DNA of 64,000 nt from assembly GCA_020137815.1 (NCBI GenBank), contig CM035352.1, positions 6,386,001-6,450,000 on the forward strand, written 5' to 3'. The position numbers and the translations under genes were made by a program. Each line of letters opens with the position of its first letter. Within the stretch, counting starts at the first letter, position 1. Of this stretch, positions 17,792 to 34,580 are shown in pieces. A model generated the notes under the pieces. The model had not been told where the DNA came from, did not search any database, and saw only the letters and a list, made by a program, of their open reading frames with translations. This DNA comes from Hormiphora californensis. Its lineage: Eukaryota; Animalia; Ctenophora.

Positions 17792-18272
17792 CTGTAAAAC
17801 TAGTAATTTTCGTGAGATTTTTATTTTCGCTCTTTATTTTTGGCTGGAAAATCCGCGAAAATTAATTCCGCGAAAATATTTTGGACGATTTTTTACAGAA
17901 AGCTCGTGCAAATTATTTCCTATGTAGATGGGAGTAGTGTTAATAATGGTCATGTGACCACTGCTCTTATACGTAGCAAGGGATTCAGTAGGAGTTGTAA
18001 GCCAATGAGATGTGAGCCTTTTCTGTCTCATCCCTGATTGGCTATCTCTTAGAGCCAATCAGCAATGAGAAAATGCTCACATTTCATTGGTCTACGCCAA
18101 GCAGGTCTGGTGTCTCATGGCAATGATGACTGCACTCTTGGCGTAATTAGACAATAGACTAGGACCGTGAAATGGGGGTAGCAGTGGGATTAGCGAAAAT
18201 TAAAATCGCGAAAATAGTCAATTTTGATCGAATCGCGAAAATTAATGGCCTCGAAAATATCTAGTTTTACAG
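17792..18272. mobile_element. TA-flanked MITE (Tc1/mariner/pogo-type)
   Basis: TA-CTGTAAAACTAG ... CTAGTTTTACAG-TA; subterminal cgcgaaaat repeats; internal imperfect hairpin at ~17997-18095. Confidence 0.75.
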
Positions 18273-18275
18273 TAG

Positions 18276-20985
<2,710 letters not shown>

Positions 20986-22035
20986 TTCACACTTCTTTCA
21001 CTGCCAATTTTTGTTTGCAACGGAAAGGGGGGCTCTCTCACACTTTTTCACTGCCATATTTTGTTTCGCACGACTTTGGGGGCTCTGTCCCTTCCTTATT
21101 GAATTTTGTTTATATTTGAGAGAGTATCACACATTACATAGTGTGAGAGAATAGTGTGTGTGTGTATTTCAACAAGGACACCTACCCAACCTCCTGTAAA
21201 GCTGGCAACATCGATCTACAAGCAACCATCGCATCAAAACAGATAAACTTGTCATGTTGTTGTCAGTCTACTGATTATTGTCATGTTTGTCTCTATAGGT
21301 TTCGTCATGTATGCTGTCCGTCAGTTTGGTAATAAGTTATTTAGTTTTATTTCATGTTGCATTGTATTATATTTCACCACCCGGTTGGGAATCTACTTTA
21401 TATTATATATTAGTGCCCTATCTCAGCTTTCTTTCTGGATGTCCCTAGCCTTCTGGTGATGGTGTGTGGTGGTATTTGATTTGAGAGGGCGGTCACAGTT
21501 AGCGTGTTGTTAGTAAGGTACCTTCCCTTGTACCTGGTGTTTCATCTGCGTGGAGTCTGGGGGTGTTGTGCAGTTTGGGAGTTGTAATTTGGGGTTTTCT
21601 GTAGCTCGCAGTATTTTTACGGTACTTTTTTAGGTTTCTCGCATTTTCTTGTATCTTGGTTGGGGGTTATGGATAGGCTTGCCCCCACCCCCATTATTAT
21701 TTTTCAGGTACGACAGCAGACTGCACAAATCATGATACAACTTTCAGGTCACCGTTTTCTATCTTATTCTAATCCCCTGATTCTCTGGCTCATCCTTGTC
21801 CAAGGTTCTTTGGTCCCTGCCCTCAGCTCTATCTCACCCTTCTCCTGTATGGCGGCGCCATACCCCATTTGATTCTCAGTGCGCTCAGATGGGTCGCGGC
21901 GCCAGGCAGCCCTTCTCCCTATTTTATCTTTTAGGACCTCGAGCAGCTGCAGGCCTCTTCTCACACAGTTCCCCTTTGACAGTCTATCTAGTTATTGTTT
22001 TGGCTATTCCTTAATTGCAGATTCCCTTCTTCTCG

Positions 22036-22129
<94 letters not shown>

Positions 22130-22423
22130 ACTCTCTCTCTCTCACTCTCTCTCTCTCTTTCTCTCTCTCTCTCACTCTCTCTGCTCTTTCAATATTCTCT
22201 TTCCTCACCTCATCTTATCAATGGGAAAGGTAGGCCGTGCTACAACAAGTTTTAAGTGTTGTGGCACTGTCTATCTACAAAAAGTTGGCCATACCATGCA
22301 AGTCAAGTCAGCATCAAATACCGCAGCAGACTGCGTTCAGCACCAACCATGCACCCACGTCACCTACCCGGCGTATTCTTCTTTATGGCCACTCTGTCCC
22401 CTGGAGAGAGGATCACTTATTCC

Positions 22424-22566
22424 AACCCTCTCAAAGGCAAAACGTTACCTAATCGACCAAGACCCTCTCAAAGGCAAAACAATACCTATTTTCAAGACCA
22501 AGAACCTCTCAAAGGCAATATGTTACCTACCCGACCAAGACCCTCTCAAAGGCAAAACGTTACCAA
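22424..22566. repeat. ~37-43-bp tandem repeat, 4 copies
   Basis: Core caagaccctctcaaaggcaaaacgttacc. Confidence 0.8.
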
Positions 22567-25500
22567 GAAATGAAGTTTAAAATGTGTCAATCCGACGAGG
22601 AATCACGTGAATCCTTATGACTTCATAACTAGCTTAGATCTACTCACAAGTGCGTTTTCATCACCCGTAACAGCTTTATCCTGTACGAAGTGACTCCATG
22701 TCTAACTAATCCGTTCATCAACCACCTATGAAACCTTGTGAGTCAGGATTCTTACTGGAGGTGAATACCAGTGCCTCCAACCCTGTATCACTTAAAAGTA
22801 TAAAATATGGAATAGTTAAATGAATATACCATAACTTCTAGTTCTAACTTTTTGTCGCCCGTGCGTAATTTCCCTACCTTCACACTGTGTATATGTGCAA
22901 TTTGATTCACAGTCACAATGTTTGCTTTACTTTTACAATATCTCTCTACTTCTTCTCTACACTCTCTCTCTCTCTCGCACCAACTCTCTCCTCTCTCTCC
23001 TCTCTCTCCCTCCTCTCTCCTCATCACTCTCCGTCCTCTCGGTCTCCTCATTCTCCGGTCTCTCTCTCTCTCTTGCCTCTCTTCGCTCTCTCTCCTCTCG
23101 ATCTCTGCTCATCCCTCTCCTGCCTACGAGGCTATCGCTTCCTGCTCCATTTTCAGCGTAGTGTACAGGTGTGCACGGAGTAGTACATAACAGATAGCTA
23201 ACTCGTGCATAAGTTTTGCTGAAGCATTTAAATGTTAAACAAAGTACTAACCGAACTGCGTATAAAGATAGACCAGTTAAACTAAAAGAAATTTTTGTGC
23301 TAATTACTATTTTACACTTCTCAGGTAGAACATACAGATGCATCATGTTGAGGTTTATAATGGTGTGATTAGTTTTTAGCTAAAAACTAACGTAACTACA
23401 ACCCACGAAACAATTTCCAACTAGTGATGCACCGCATTCCTGAAGCAGGACACGGAGATATCACTAACCAGGAACTGGGTAGATAGACATTCAAATTTGT
23501 GAGCGCTTAGAAAGAACTCTGAAATGATCTTTACCTAACCTCCCAAATTATAGAAATCTCATATTATTATTTTATCAGCTCATGCTTAGCAGAATATTGC
23601 ACACTTGTTAACAGTGTAACGCGAAAAAGCGAAAATAACCAGCATGGAACATTAAAAAAATCCTACCTATTACATATATACGGAAGTGCGTACGCCTTGT
23701 AATGACTAGACGATGATAAATACAATGATAGTGCTGGTCATTTGAGGAGGATCAGATCGTGAGGATACCTCGCTATTGTCACTGAAGGACAACCAATCAG
23801 AATACAAGATAAATTTGAAACTTTAAAATGGATACCTGCTGTTATAGCTAAATTTGATCCGACCAAAGATTATAATGCATAAAGTTTATCGAACCATATT
23901 CCATAATCGATAAAAAATTAATTTTACTACGGTAGGAAGAGATGAGTAGCAGACTGAGGACGACCGAGATGAGAGAGGAGAGGGGGGGGGGGGCGAAAGA
24001 GCTTTACTATAATGCCTATACATGTCTCATAGGTCACCATTGCTTATTGAAAAATGAGTATGCCCAAAAGAAACATGCTCTTAGCCAACGATATATTACT
24101 AGCCCTAGCCGAAACAATAAAATGCCAAAACTATAAGGATACCAGCGCAAGGCTCAACAACCAACGAATATTATTAAAGTGTAACATGACCATAAGGTTT
24201 TTCCTATCGCATGCAACTATCATACTATAATTAAAGCAATTTATAATATTGCAAATGCTGTGGCTGTGAGGATGGTGTAGTAATCCAACAGTGCCAAAAG
24301 ATGTGCGGTGATATGCAAGATGGCGCTGCATAGCCCAGCTACGCCAGCTGCAGACCATTTGTGCTTGAATGCGCTGCACGTGCGCGTTGCGTAGCACCAG
24401 TGGCAGTGATGAGGAAAGTGTGCCTCTCTGGGTGGAGATTCGGGTCAACGGCACGGTGCATAAATACTTCAAGCGCCTGTTTTATCTAGATTAAAGCCAA
24501 ATATGGGATAATCCCATGTCCCGCTATTTTTTAACCAAATATTAGCCACAATAATCCTGCCACGAAATCGGCCTTTTGCAGCGTGTTGTCCCGTAGAGTC
24601 GACTCCTTGGCACCTGACCAGACCTGCCAGCCATTAAACTTGCCACGGATGCATCCTTAGATTACATCTCTCTGCCACGGTTGTAGTGAATGATCGTTAT
24701 GTTCGCATTTGATCCGTGTATCACCACGTTTCGTGAACATGACTACTGCAACTTCAACACAATCCGGCGCAGCGAGTTGGGAATGCGAGCATATACTCCC
24801 AAACTAGGCTGCCCCCCAGACGCTATAGACTAGTGATAGAACCTACAAAAGATGAGTGATTGAATTATTCAAAAAAGTTGTCAACACACGTAAGTAACAA
24901 AGTATCAATGGCATTATAAGAAATGATAAGCTAATACGCTGAAGTTTATTGCACAATGTACTCCTTCACACTAAAAACTTCAGGCAACCTGGCAAAAGAG
25001 GACCCGTAACTGTTTTGATTTTTTTTTTTTTTTTTTATTCGATAAGGCAACACCCTGCTGCGTTAATTTAACCTGATAAATTTACTGATTTTAAAATTTC
25101 AATGATATACACTATTATGGTATAGTATGCCGAAGATACTATTTAGTGACGCACTTTAATTACAGGACAGCCGATTGGGGCGCAAATGGGCCATAGTGCG
25201 CCATAAAGAAACCGATCTTCACGGCAGGATTTTTTGAGTACACATTGGGCGCCAATTGGCGCCAATAGTTGGCGATTAGCGCCACCATCCGCCAATTTGA
25301 CGCGCCCAAATTAGGTCTGCCCATTTGGCGATCCCTGCATTGGCGGTCAGTTTTGGGCTAAAAGGCGTCATGACCCTAAGTGACCACTTTTTGGGCCAAT
25401 TCGATTTTTGGCGCCAAAAAACCATTATTGGCGACAAATATTATCGCCAATAAATAAATACAGGCGCCACAAACGCGATTTTGGCGCCGGTTTTTTTGGC

Positions 25501-26409
25501 GCCAAAGCTCTTTTTGGGCGCCGGCTTTTGGCGGTTCACTTGGCGTGGACCCTAAAAAAAAATTGGCGCCAATAATCTGAAATTGGCGCCACCCATCCTT
25601 GACCCTAAGTTTTTGGCGCCAAAAATCTCGTTGGCGCCAATAAATAGCGCCAATAAATAGCGCCGATAAATACCGCCAATAAATAGCGCCAATAAATAGC
25701 GCCAACTATTCCAATCTGTGAACCCTTTCGTAACAAAATCATTGGCCCCAAAATGATGTTAAATTGGCGCCAATTGATGGCGACAATTTAATGCGCCACA
25801 TGAAGTTGTTAATGTTGCCGATCCGTAGAAATGTTTTGGAATGGTGTGATGATGGAGTAGTAACCTATAAGCGTGCAACACTAGGGGCCAAAACAATTAC
25901 CACTTTTGCACGTGCGAATCAATGTGGTTGTTATGGCGGGTAGGCACGGCCTAGATAGGCAAGGTCAACGGCGTGCAATACTGCACGTGGCTGTTGTTGG
26001 ATGCGTGTTGTTATGTGTTCGGGTGTTCCTGCCATCATGAACTGGGGTTCCATTGATTACCAAAGCTTTCATGCCTATAGGTACGTAGCACTAGTACGTA
26101 TACTTACCCCGATACAGCTCCAGTTCTACGAATCTTTAATCACCTGATTCATAGATTTGAAGGGAACCTCTTCTCAATCCTTTCAACCATCCCTACCACT
26201 CTACCAACCTTATATTCTTCAGCCCGACATGATGAGAGATGGAGTGAGAGGAGAGAGAAAGAGAGAGAGGAGAGCTGAGAGAAAGGGAGAGAGACAGAGA
26301 GAGAGAGAGAGAGAGGAGAGGAGGAGAGAGACGAGAGAAAGAGAGAGAGAGAGCTGAGAGAAAGGGGAGAAGAGACAGAGAGAGAGAGACAGAGAGAGAT
26401 GAGAAAGAT

Positions 26410-26447
<38 letters not shown>

Positions 26448-26498
26448 GATGAGGAGAGAGAGAGAGAGAGAGAGCTGATAGAAAGGGAGAGAGACAGA

Positions 26499-26529
<31 letters not shown>

Positions 26530-27349
26530 AGAGAGAGAGAGACGATGAGAGGAGAGAGAGAGAGAGAGATAAGAGAGAGAGAGAAAGAGAAGCAGAAGAG
26601 AGGGAAGAGAGAGCGGACAGAGAGAAAGATAGAGATTAAGATCAACGGAGGTACAGCCAACGGGGTTCGACTAACGTCTAACATGCAGGGTCCAACCAAC
26701 AGGCTTTTATCCCTAAGATCTGTTTACTTGACACTCCGTATCTTAATTTTCAATAATGTACCTAAATCACAGCCAGTACCTAATGTTAAATGGCATTCCT
26801 CCACGTTTGAAGGGCCCCGTTATAATAACTGGAAAGATAGTGTGACGAGTTTCGGGGTCAGACATTGTGGTAGTACCACTGGTAATGAAAGTTATCCGCA
26901 CAAATGCCAGCATCTGCAAACTGAGCTGTCTGGCGGCGCCAGACAGCTCTGACAGATCCTGAAAGTGCGCTCAGATGGGCGCCAGACAGAAACTGAATGT
27001 TTTGGTTTTTTGGCGCCAATAATTGGCGCTAATAAATTGGCGCCAAAAAGTGGCGCTAACAACTAGCGCTGGGGGGGCCGTCACCTTTTTTTTTGTCTAC
27101 TTTTGTCTACTTTTGTCTACAGCACTTTGAAAATTTCAGTGCAAAGTAGACAAAAGTAGACAAAAGTAGACAAAAGTAGACAAAAGTAGACAAAAAATTT
27201 TCAAGTACAGAAAACAACTTCTGATTTTCTGTAATTGTTAAGTATTTTCATATTATACTTTGGAAATGTTTTTTATTAATTATTCATATTCCAATGGCCC
27301 CTTCTTTATTCCTAAATTAGAAAACTTTAAGAACAATTGCTGTAGTCGA

Positions 27350-28705
27350 GTGTAGACAAGAGTGTTTGGGGGTAAAGAGGGGGCAATTGAAAACGAAACT
27401 ACTAATAGAAACGTAGATAAAGTATTATATGAGAATACTTAACAAGTGCAGAAAATTTAAAAAATATTTTCTAAATCGTTTTCTAAACTTGAAATTTTTT
27501 GTCTACTTTTGTCTACTTTTGTCTACAGGTGTTCCTAAAGGGTTCTAAGAGTGTTTGGGGGTAAAGGGGGCAATTGAAGTCACAAACACCCATACACACA
27601 TAAATATAGTCCCAATAGAGAACATAGAAATACATATCAAGGATAGAAATTGTTTGGGAATTGTTTTCTAAACTTGAAAACTTTTTGTCACTTTTGTCTA
27701 CTTTTGTCTACAGGTGTTCCTAAAGTGTTCTAAGAGTGTTTGGGGGTAAAGAGGGGGCAATTGAAGTCACAAACACCCATACACACATAAATATAGTCCC
27801 AATAGAGAACATAGAAATACATAGCAATGATAGAAATTGTTTGGGAATTGTTTTCTAAACTTGAAATTTTTTGTCTACTTTTGTCTACAGGTGTTCCTAA
27901 AGTGTTCTAAGAGTGTTTGGGGGTAAAGAGGGAGCAATTGAAGTCACAAACACCCGCGCCGTACACACATAAATATAGTCCCAATAGAGAACATGGAAAT
28001 ACATATCAAGGATAGAAATTGTTTGGGAATTGTTTTCTAAACTTGAAAACTTTTTGTCTACTTTGTCTACTTTTGTCTACAGGTGTTCCTAAAGTGTTCT
28101 AAGAGTGTTGGGGGTAAAGAGGGGGCAATTGAAGTCACAAAACACCATACACACATAAAAGAGAACATGGAAAAACCTATCAAGGATAGAAATCGTTTTC
28201 TAAACTGAAAATTTTTTTGTCTACTTTTGTCATACTTTGTCTTCCAGGTGTCTAAGTGTTCTAAGAGTGTTGGGGAAAGAGGGAGCAATGAAGTACAACA
28301 CCCGTATACACATAAGTTAGTACCAATAGCGAACATAGAAAATACATAAGCAATTGATAGACATTGTGGGAATTGTTTTCAAACTTGAAAAAATTTTTGT
28401 CTACTTTTGTTACAGGTGTCCTAAAGTGGTTCTAAGAGTGTTTGGGGGTAAAGAGGGAGCAATTGAAGTCACAAACACCCGTACACACATAAATATAGTC
28501 CCAATAGAGAACATGGAAATACATATCAAGGATAGAAATTGTTTGGGAATTGTTTTCTAAACTTGAAAACTTTTTGTCTACTTTTGTCTACTTTTGTCTA
28601 CAGGTGTTCTAAGAGTGTTTGGGGGTAAAGAGGGGGCAATTAAAATCGAAATTACTAATAGAAACGTAGATAAAGTGTATGAGAATACTTAACAAGTGCA
28701 GAAAA
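27350..28705. repeat. ~180-195-bp tandem repeat (~7 units) with (ttttgtctac)n sub-repeats
   Basis: Recurring aagagtgtttgggggtaaagaggg..caattgaagtcacaaacacc..cccaatagagaacat..ttttgtctac. Confidence 0.9.
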
Positions 28706-29237
28706 TGTTTAAAAAAATTCTTAACTTGAAAAAAAAAGTTTTGTCTACTTTTGTCTACATTTGTCTACTTTTGTCTACTTTTGTCTACACTTTCATTTTC
28801 AAAATCTGGTGCAATGTTCCTGTAGACAAAAAAAAAGGTGACGGCCCCCCCCTAGCGCTCAAGGGTAAGTTAGCCGAAATTTCAAAGTTGGCGCTAATAA
28901 TTGGCGCCAATTTTCCATCCTATGACCCTAAATATTCAACAAATTGGCGCCAATAGTTGGCGCCAACTTTCGCCAGAGTTGGCGCCAAAACTTAGGGTCA
29001 AGGATGGGTGGCGCCAATTTCAGAATTGGCGCCAATTTTTTAGGGTTCACCCAAGTGAACCGCCAAAAGCCGGCGCCAAAAAGAGCTTTGGCGCCAAAAA
29101 AAACCGGCGCCAAATCGCGTTTTGGCGCCGGTATTTTTTATTGGCGATAATATTTGGAGCCAATAATGGTTTTTGGCGCCAAAAAATCGAAAATTGGCGC
29201 CAAAAATTGGTCACTTAGGGTCATGACCCTTTTACCT

Positions 29238-30570
29238 CAGTTTGGCGCCTATTGGCGCCGATTGGCGATCGCCAATCTTGTTCAACCGCCAATAATTGGC
29301 GGTGATTGGCGCTGCCGCCAATCGGCGTTTGGTACCTTTGGTGAAAAGAGGGGAACCAGCCGCCAATTGGCGACGATTGGCGCCAATCGGAAACTTTGGC
29401 GCCAAAAGTATTGGCGCCAAATTGGCGCCAATAGGAACATTTGGCGCCAATACTTTTGGCGCCAATTTGGCGCCAATCGGAAACTTTGGCGCCAATACTT
29501 TTGGCGCCAATTTGGCGCCAATCGGAAAATTTGGCGCCAATACTTTTGGCGCCAAATCTTTTGGCGCCACTCTGTTTGCAGGTTACCACTCTGTTTGCAG
29601 GTTAAAATGACGAGACACAAGATGATACTAACAAGATGATACATACAAGATGATAGAACATGATAACAAGATACAAGATCATAGAATAGGTGGCAATGAA
29701 ACCAACTCGATGCTGATTGGTAGTATTTAAAACAATGCTGTACTGTGACATTTGTGTATAATTTTTTTTCGTGATTCTATATCTTGTGTTTAGTGTTATT
29801 TCAGACAGGGTGGTACGGTTCCGGGACAAATACCTTTGAACCACCCTGTCTTGTCATGGTGACGGTGTTACATATACACTGTATAATATGTATACAGGTA
29901 CTGTTACATATACATATGTAACAGTACCATGACAAGACAAGGTGGTTCAAAGGTATTTGTCCCGGAACCGTACCACCCTGTCTGAAATAACACTAAACAC
30001 AAGATATAGAATCACGAAAAAAATTATACACAAATGTCACAGTACAGCATTGTTTTAAATACTACCAATCAGCATCGAGTTGGTTTCATTGCCACCTATT
30101 CTATGATCTTGTATCTTGTTATCATGTTCTATCATCTTGTATGTATCATCTTGTTAGTATCATCTTGTGTCTCGTCATTTTAACCTGCAAACAGAGTGGT
30201 AACCTGCAAACAGAGTGGCGCCAAAAGATTTGGCGCCAAAAGTATTGGCGCCAAATTTTCCGATTGGCGCCAAATTGGCGCCAAAAGTATTGGCGCCAAA
30301 GTTTCCGATTGGCGCCAAATTGGCGCCAAAAGTATTGGCGCCAAATGTTCCTATTGGCGCCAATTTGGCGCCAATACTTTTGGCGCCAAAAGTATTGGCG
30401 CCAAAGTTTCCGATTGGCGCCAATCGGCGCCAATTGGCGGCTGGTTCCCCTCTTTTCACCAAAGGTACCAAACGCCGATTGGCGGCAGCGCCAATCACCG
30501 CCAATTATTGGCGGTTGAACAAGATTGGCGATCGCCAATCGGCGCCAATAGGCGCCAATCGGCGCCAAAC
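29238..30570. repeat. ~620-bp-arm palindrome built on a TTGGCGCCAA satellite
   Basis: ~29238-29860 is the reverse complement of ~29927-30570; the mirrored ORF translations in the track confirm it. Confidence 0.92.
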
Positions 30571-33500
30571 TGACCGCCAATTGGCGCCAAAATGGCGCCA
30601 ATTTGGGTAGAAGGGCCACGGCCCTTGAACACCGCCACGTGGCGGTTTTAACCGCCACGTGGCCCCTGGACGTGGCGTCAATTCTCAGGACGTGGCGCCA
30701 ATGAGCCTTTTTGGCGGTGTTCATGTGGCGTTAATAGTCGAAATTGGCGCTTCGAATTGGCGCTTTTCTTTTTTGGCCCCAGGGGCGTGGCGTTGGCCCC
30801 AGGACGTGGCGTCAATTTTGAAAGGATGGCGCCAATGGATTTTTGTCGATTTTAGCGCCACGTGGTTTTTTGAATTTTCGGTGTGGCGTCAATAATTGAC
30901 GCCACATAATTGGCGCCACATAAACTCCGCCACATCAAAGCGCCAAAGTAATTATTAGCGCCATTTACATGGCGCTAATTGAGTTCTTACATGGCGATAT
31001 ATTTACATAAACACAGCTCTTTTTTAACTGTTCAATCCTTGATGCCTCTGTGGGTCTTTAGGGACTTCTACGGGCATTCAGGGACCTCTGGTGTCCTCTT
31101 GGGGCGTTTCAGGGGACTCTAGAGAACTTTGGTGGCTTTTTGGGGGCCTTGTGTGCTCATCTGGGGCTGCATTCGATCTTTCTGGGCTTTTGAGGGACTC
31201 TAATCGACTCTAGTGGCCTCTAGGGGTCTCTTGGAGCCTTCTAGGGGGCTTTTAGGTGACTCTAGCGCCTCCTGGGGGTCCCTAGGAGCCACTAGGGGGT
31301 TTCTGGCATCAGTTTATATGGCGCCAATTTACATGGCGCAAAAAAATTAGCGCCAAAAATTAGCGCCAAATGATAGGCCAAAAAAACAAATTGGCGATTC
31401 GAATTTTTCGGGTGTGGCGTCATCCGAAAGCGCCAAAAAATTTTGACATCTCCGCCACTCAAAAATTGACGCCACGTCCTGGGGCCAACGCCACGTCCCT
31501 GGGGCCAAAAAAGAAAAGCGCCAATTCGAAGCGCCAATTTCGACTATTAACGCCACATGAACACCGCCAAAAAGGCTCATTGGCGCCACGTCCTGAGAAT
31601 TGACGCCACGTCCAGGGGCCACGTGGCGGTTAAAACCGCCACGTGGCGGTGTTCAAGGGCCGTGGCCCTTCTACCCCAATTTGGCGCCAAATTGGCGGTG
31701 GTGCGCAATCGCCAACTATTGGCGCCAATTGGCGCCAATGTACCAAAAAATCCCGTGAAATCGGGTCTTTATTGGCGCCGATTGGCGCCATTTGGCGCCA
31801 ATCGGCGCCAATAAAGTGCGTCCTAATAGATCTTCCATACTACCCACTATTTGCTTAGTTTACTGTATGACCATCCCTGATATTCGCCCGTAGGGCGAGC
31901 GGGCTTACTAGTAATTATAATACAAACGTCACACCCGAACTATATCTAATGCAAATTTGCCATTTCGGTATGCGATCCCCCATATCATAGTGCTGGTGAG
32001 CGCCCGGGACCCAATCGAAATCTATCAATCGATCTAGTTTTTTTTAGATGGGATAAAGTAGTCCAATATCGACATCTCGTGATGAAAAGAAAAAAAGTTA
32101 AACAAACGGGCACTGGTGTCATAATATTTCCTGGTTTTATCAACTACACAATAGCCTCCACACACACTTCATGTGGTGTGACGTGTACGAGTAGTAGTAC
32201 AATTTCATAGAACAACTAAAAAGTAATAAGAGATGAGACCGGATGAGAGACAATATTATATACCTCACAAAATCACAACACTATTAATATTATGGATTTT
32301 GAACACTCTGCATTAGATAGAGACTTGAGCTGGAGACATCGAAGATATTGATAAACTCGTACTGCACTAGGATTCTGTAACTACAAAGCCCACGCGATGA
32401 GAACTGTTGTTACGATCTGCTAACGAATCACAAATTAATGAGAATTTTGATGAGATAGAGAGGGAAGAGTGAAAACAAAAGGGATCAGATGATGAATCAA
32501 TCTTTAGTGAACTATAGATGGGCGATAAATCTATATGAAATAGAGATCTCACCACGCAACAAGGATGGAGTATATAGACGGGTAAAGTGAATTACACTAA
32601 CCTGATAGTGCCGTGTAGATGGTCCCTTCGTCCCTCATGGTCCTTATCCTTAGCTGGGAGCGAATATATGAGATTATTCGTGAATTTAATTACGTTATAA
32701 AGAGTGATTAGTTTTATAGAGTGCTAGATTTATAGGGTCTTCGCAGACGAGAAAGTAGAAACTATGCCAATATTTTGTATTGTTTTCGCGTTCGTTAGAC
32801 TAAGAGTAGTTTCCGCTTTCGAAAGACGAAAGTGGAGGATCGAAACAACCCTGAACACGGAAAAGTAAAAATAATGTGAAGATGTTCCATATCATATTGT
32901 ACTGAATAAAAATGTTCAGTCCGAAAGTTCCAACATTTTTCTACACATGTGACTGGGTCACCTGCACATAACTAGCAGCTGCTTTTTCCTCTTAGCTGAT
33001 ACTTTCGATGGTAGAGACTATAGCCACTGAAAGTAAGCAGCTGCCCATGATCATGGTTGGGTCACTTTGACTGAGAGACACTTTATGTCAGCTTTGTCAA
33101 GATTTGATCCTTACAAACAGATCACGGCTATAAGTTTAATTCACTGTGATAAATGAGATATTTCAAGTTGGGACATAGTTGCCAGTTGTTATGTTCTAAC
33201 CCTCCCTTTACAGTTTACATTTGTAAATTTTCGCAAGCAGAGCTTACAAAAAGGTAATGGATATGCAAAAAGTCAGATTTTTTAACTATCACTCCCTTTC
33301 GGTGCACGTAATTTGTATTTACGCGTGACAGCACCCTCTCATGTTCATCTGAATACGGAAAACCGCATGTTTTCTGAAAGTGCATAATTTTCAAAGTCCT
33401 TCAAATTTTAGTTTCAAGAATTTGGTTGAGAAACAAAGGAATGACAGCCACAATTTCTCTATCAGACTATCAACAACTAGTATACCAGGTGTCACAGGAT

Positions 33501-33696
33501 GGGGTGACAGTTTAACGCATACCGATGTCAGTCGATGTATTTCACGCTAACTCTGCGATTAGAGATTTCTCAGAAATGTAATCGGTGATCAAGAAATATC
33601 CCAGAAATATGCGAGAACAGAAATTGAAAGGGTAAACCACAAATTAGCAGTAGCATTTCCGGAAGTGTTCCTGTGTTTAGCATTAAGATCTGTACC

Positions 33697-33972
33697 TAAA
33701 GTCGAATTTTTTAATCAAGGGACAGGGGGCCGCGCATTCAGAGGGGTCGTGTGGCTTTGTATTTGCGCGTGATAATCGATATCAAGTTCCTGGCAAACTT
33801 AAGACTTGAACCCGGAAGCGCTGGAAAGATAATTTTAAGACCTTTTCAACGCAACCAAGACCAAGTCATTATTTTATCAGGAACAGGAGATATGAGCGAA
33901 AACGTTTAGCACGCGCAAATCGACTTTTGTAGATGCGCGGCCCCTGTCCCTTGATTAAAAAATTCGACTTTA
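33697..33972. mobile_element. MITE with ~42-bp TIR
   Basis: TAAAGTCGAATTTTTTAATCAAGGGACAGGGG(G)CCGCGCAT at the left end and its reverse complement at the right. Confidence 0.8.
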
Positions 33973-34580
33973 CAGCGTAGCCTGCTTCGACCACAGCGAA
34001 GAGCAGCCATTATGACATATGGGTAACATTTCACAAATCTGCGTGAGAGCTGTTTTGAGCTGGAAAACGTTAAAATCTGGGTGCCTTTCATTGCTAACAA
34101 TTCGTAGTTTTGGCGCGCGCGACGGGTTAGGGCTATCCGTTAGGGTCTGGTTAGGGTTTGGTTTGGGGTTATCGGTTAGGGCTATCGATTCTCTAACTGA
34201 TACCGTTTAGTTTACTCAAATCGGCCATGTGGTTCCATGGCTATAGCCGTTTGAAAAAAGCCGGTATAAGTATACTCTTTTGGTAGCGCGCACCTGTAAA
34301 CAGGCTGCAAGGCACCCAGATTATAATCGCACCCTTTTGAGCTGTGATTAGACAATTGGCAAAACAGGTCAAGCGGTACAGACCTGAAAATCTCCGCAGT
34401 TGCTCATAGCCCAATGAACACAAAATTTGATGCTTCTGAATTGAATAAGCCCAAATCGAGAATTAGCGTGTGAATCTTACAAGTTTACAAGTTTACAATA
34501 AAAGTTTTAGTGTACACAACAGGCCTTCCCTTAGTGGGTCCACCTAAATAAATTAAACACGTATCACCTCTCAGCCACTC

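Larger units (their letters stand above)
24220..31911 (+). mobile_element. Non-autonomous Helitron (~7.7 kb) carrying satellites and nested inverted repeats
   Basis: 5' a|TCATACTATAATTAAAG; 3' hairpin TCGCCC-GTA-GGGCGA (31884-31898), then CTAG|t at 31908-31911. The interval is absent from the paralogous site near 19550. No Rep/helicase ORF. Confidence 0.75.

Noticed and set aside
21764-21964. KEPWTRMS resembling the CUT PKPW motif as the missing HTH exon
   Set aside because: No phase-0 acceptor in that frame, and it overlaps a small dispersed repeat also seen near 26920 and 56820.
27350-28705. CRISPR-like periodicity
   Set aside because: Whole units repeat with no unique spacers; eukaryotic context and no cas genes.
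28901-31858. WRQ/GAK/LAP repeat ORFs on both strands
   Set aside because: Products of the TTGGCGCCAA palindromic satellite, mirrored by inverted repeats; no coding evidence.
34123-34185. Degenerate TTAGGG cluster
   Set aside because: Only a few imperfect units; not a telomeric array.
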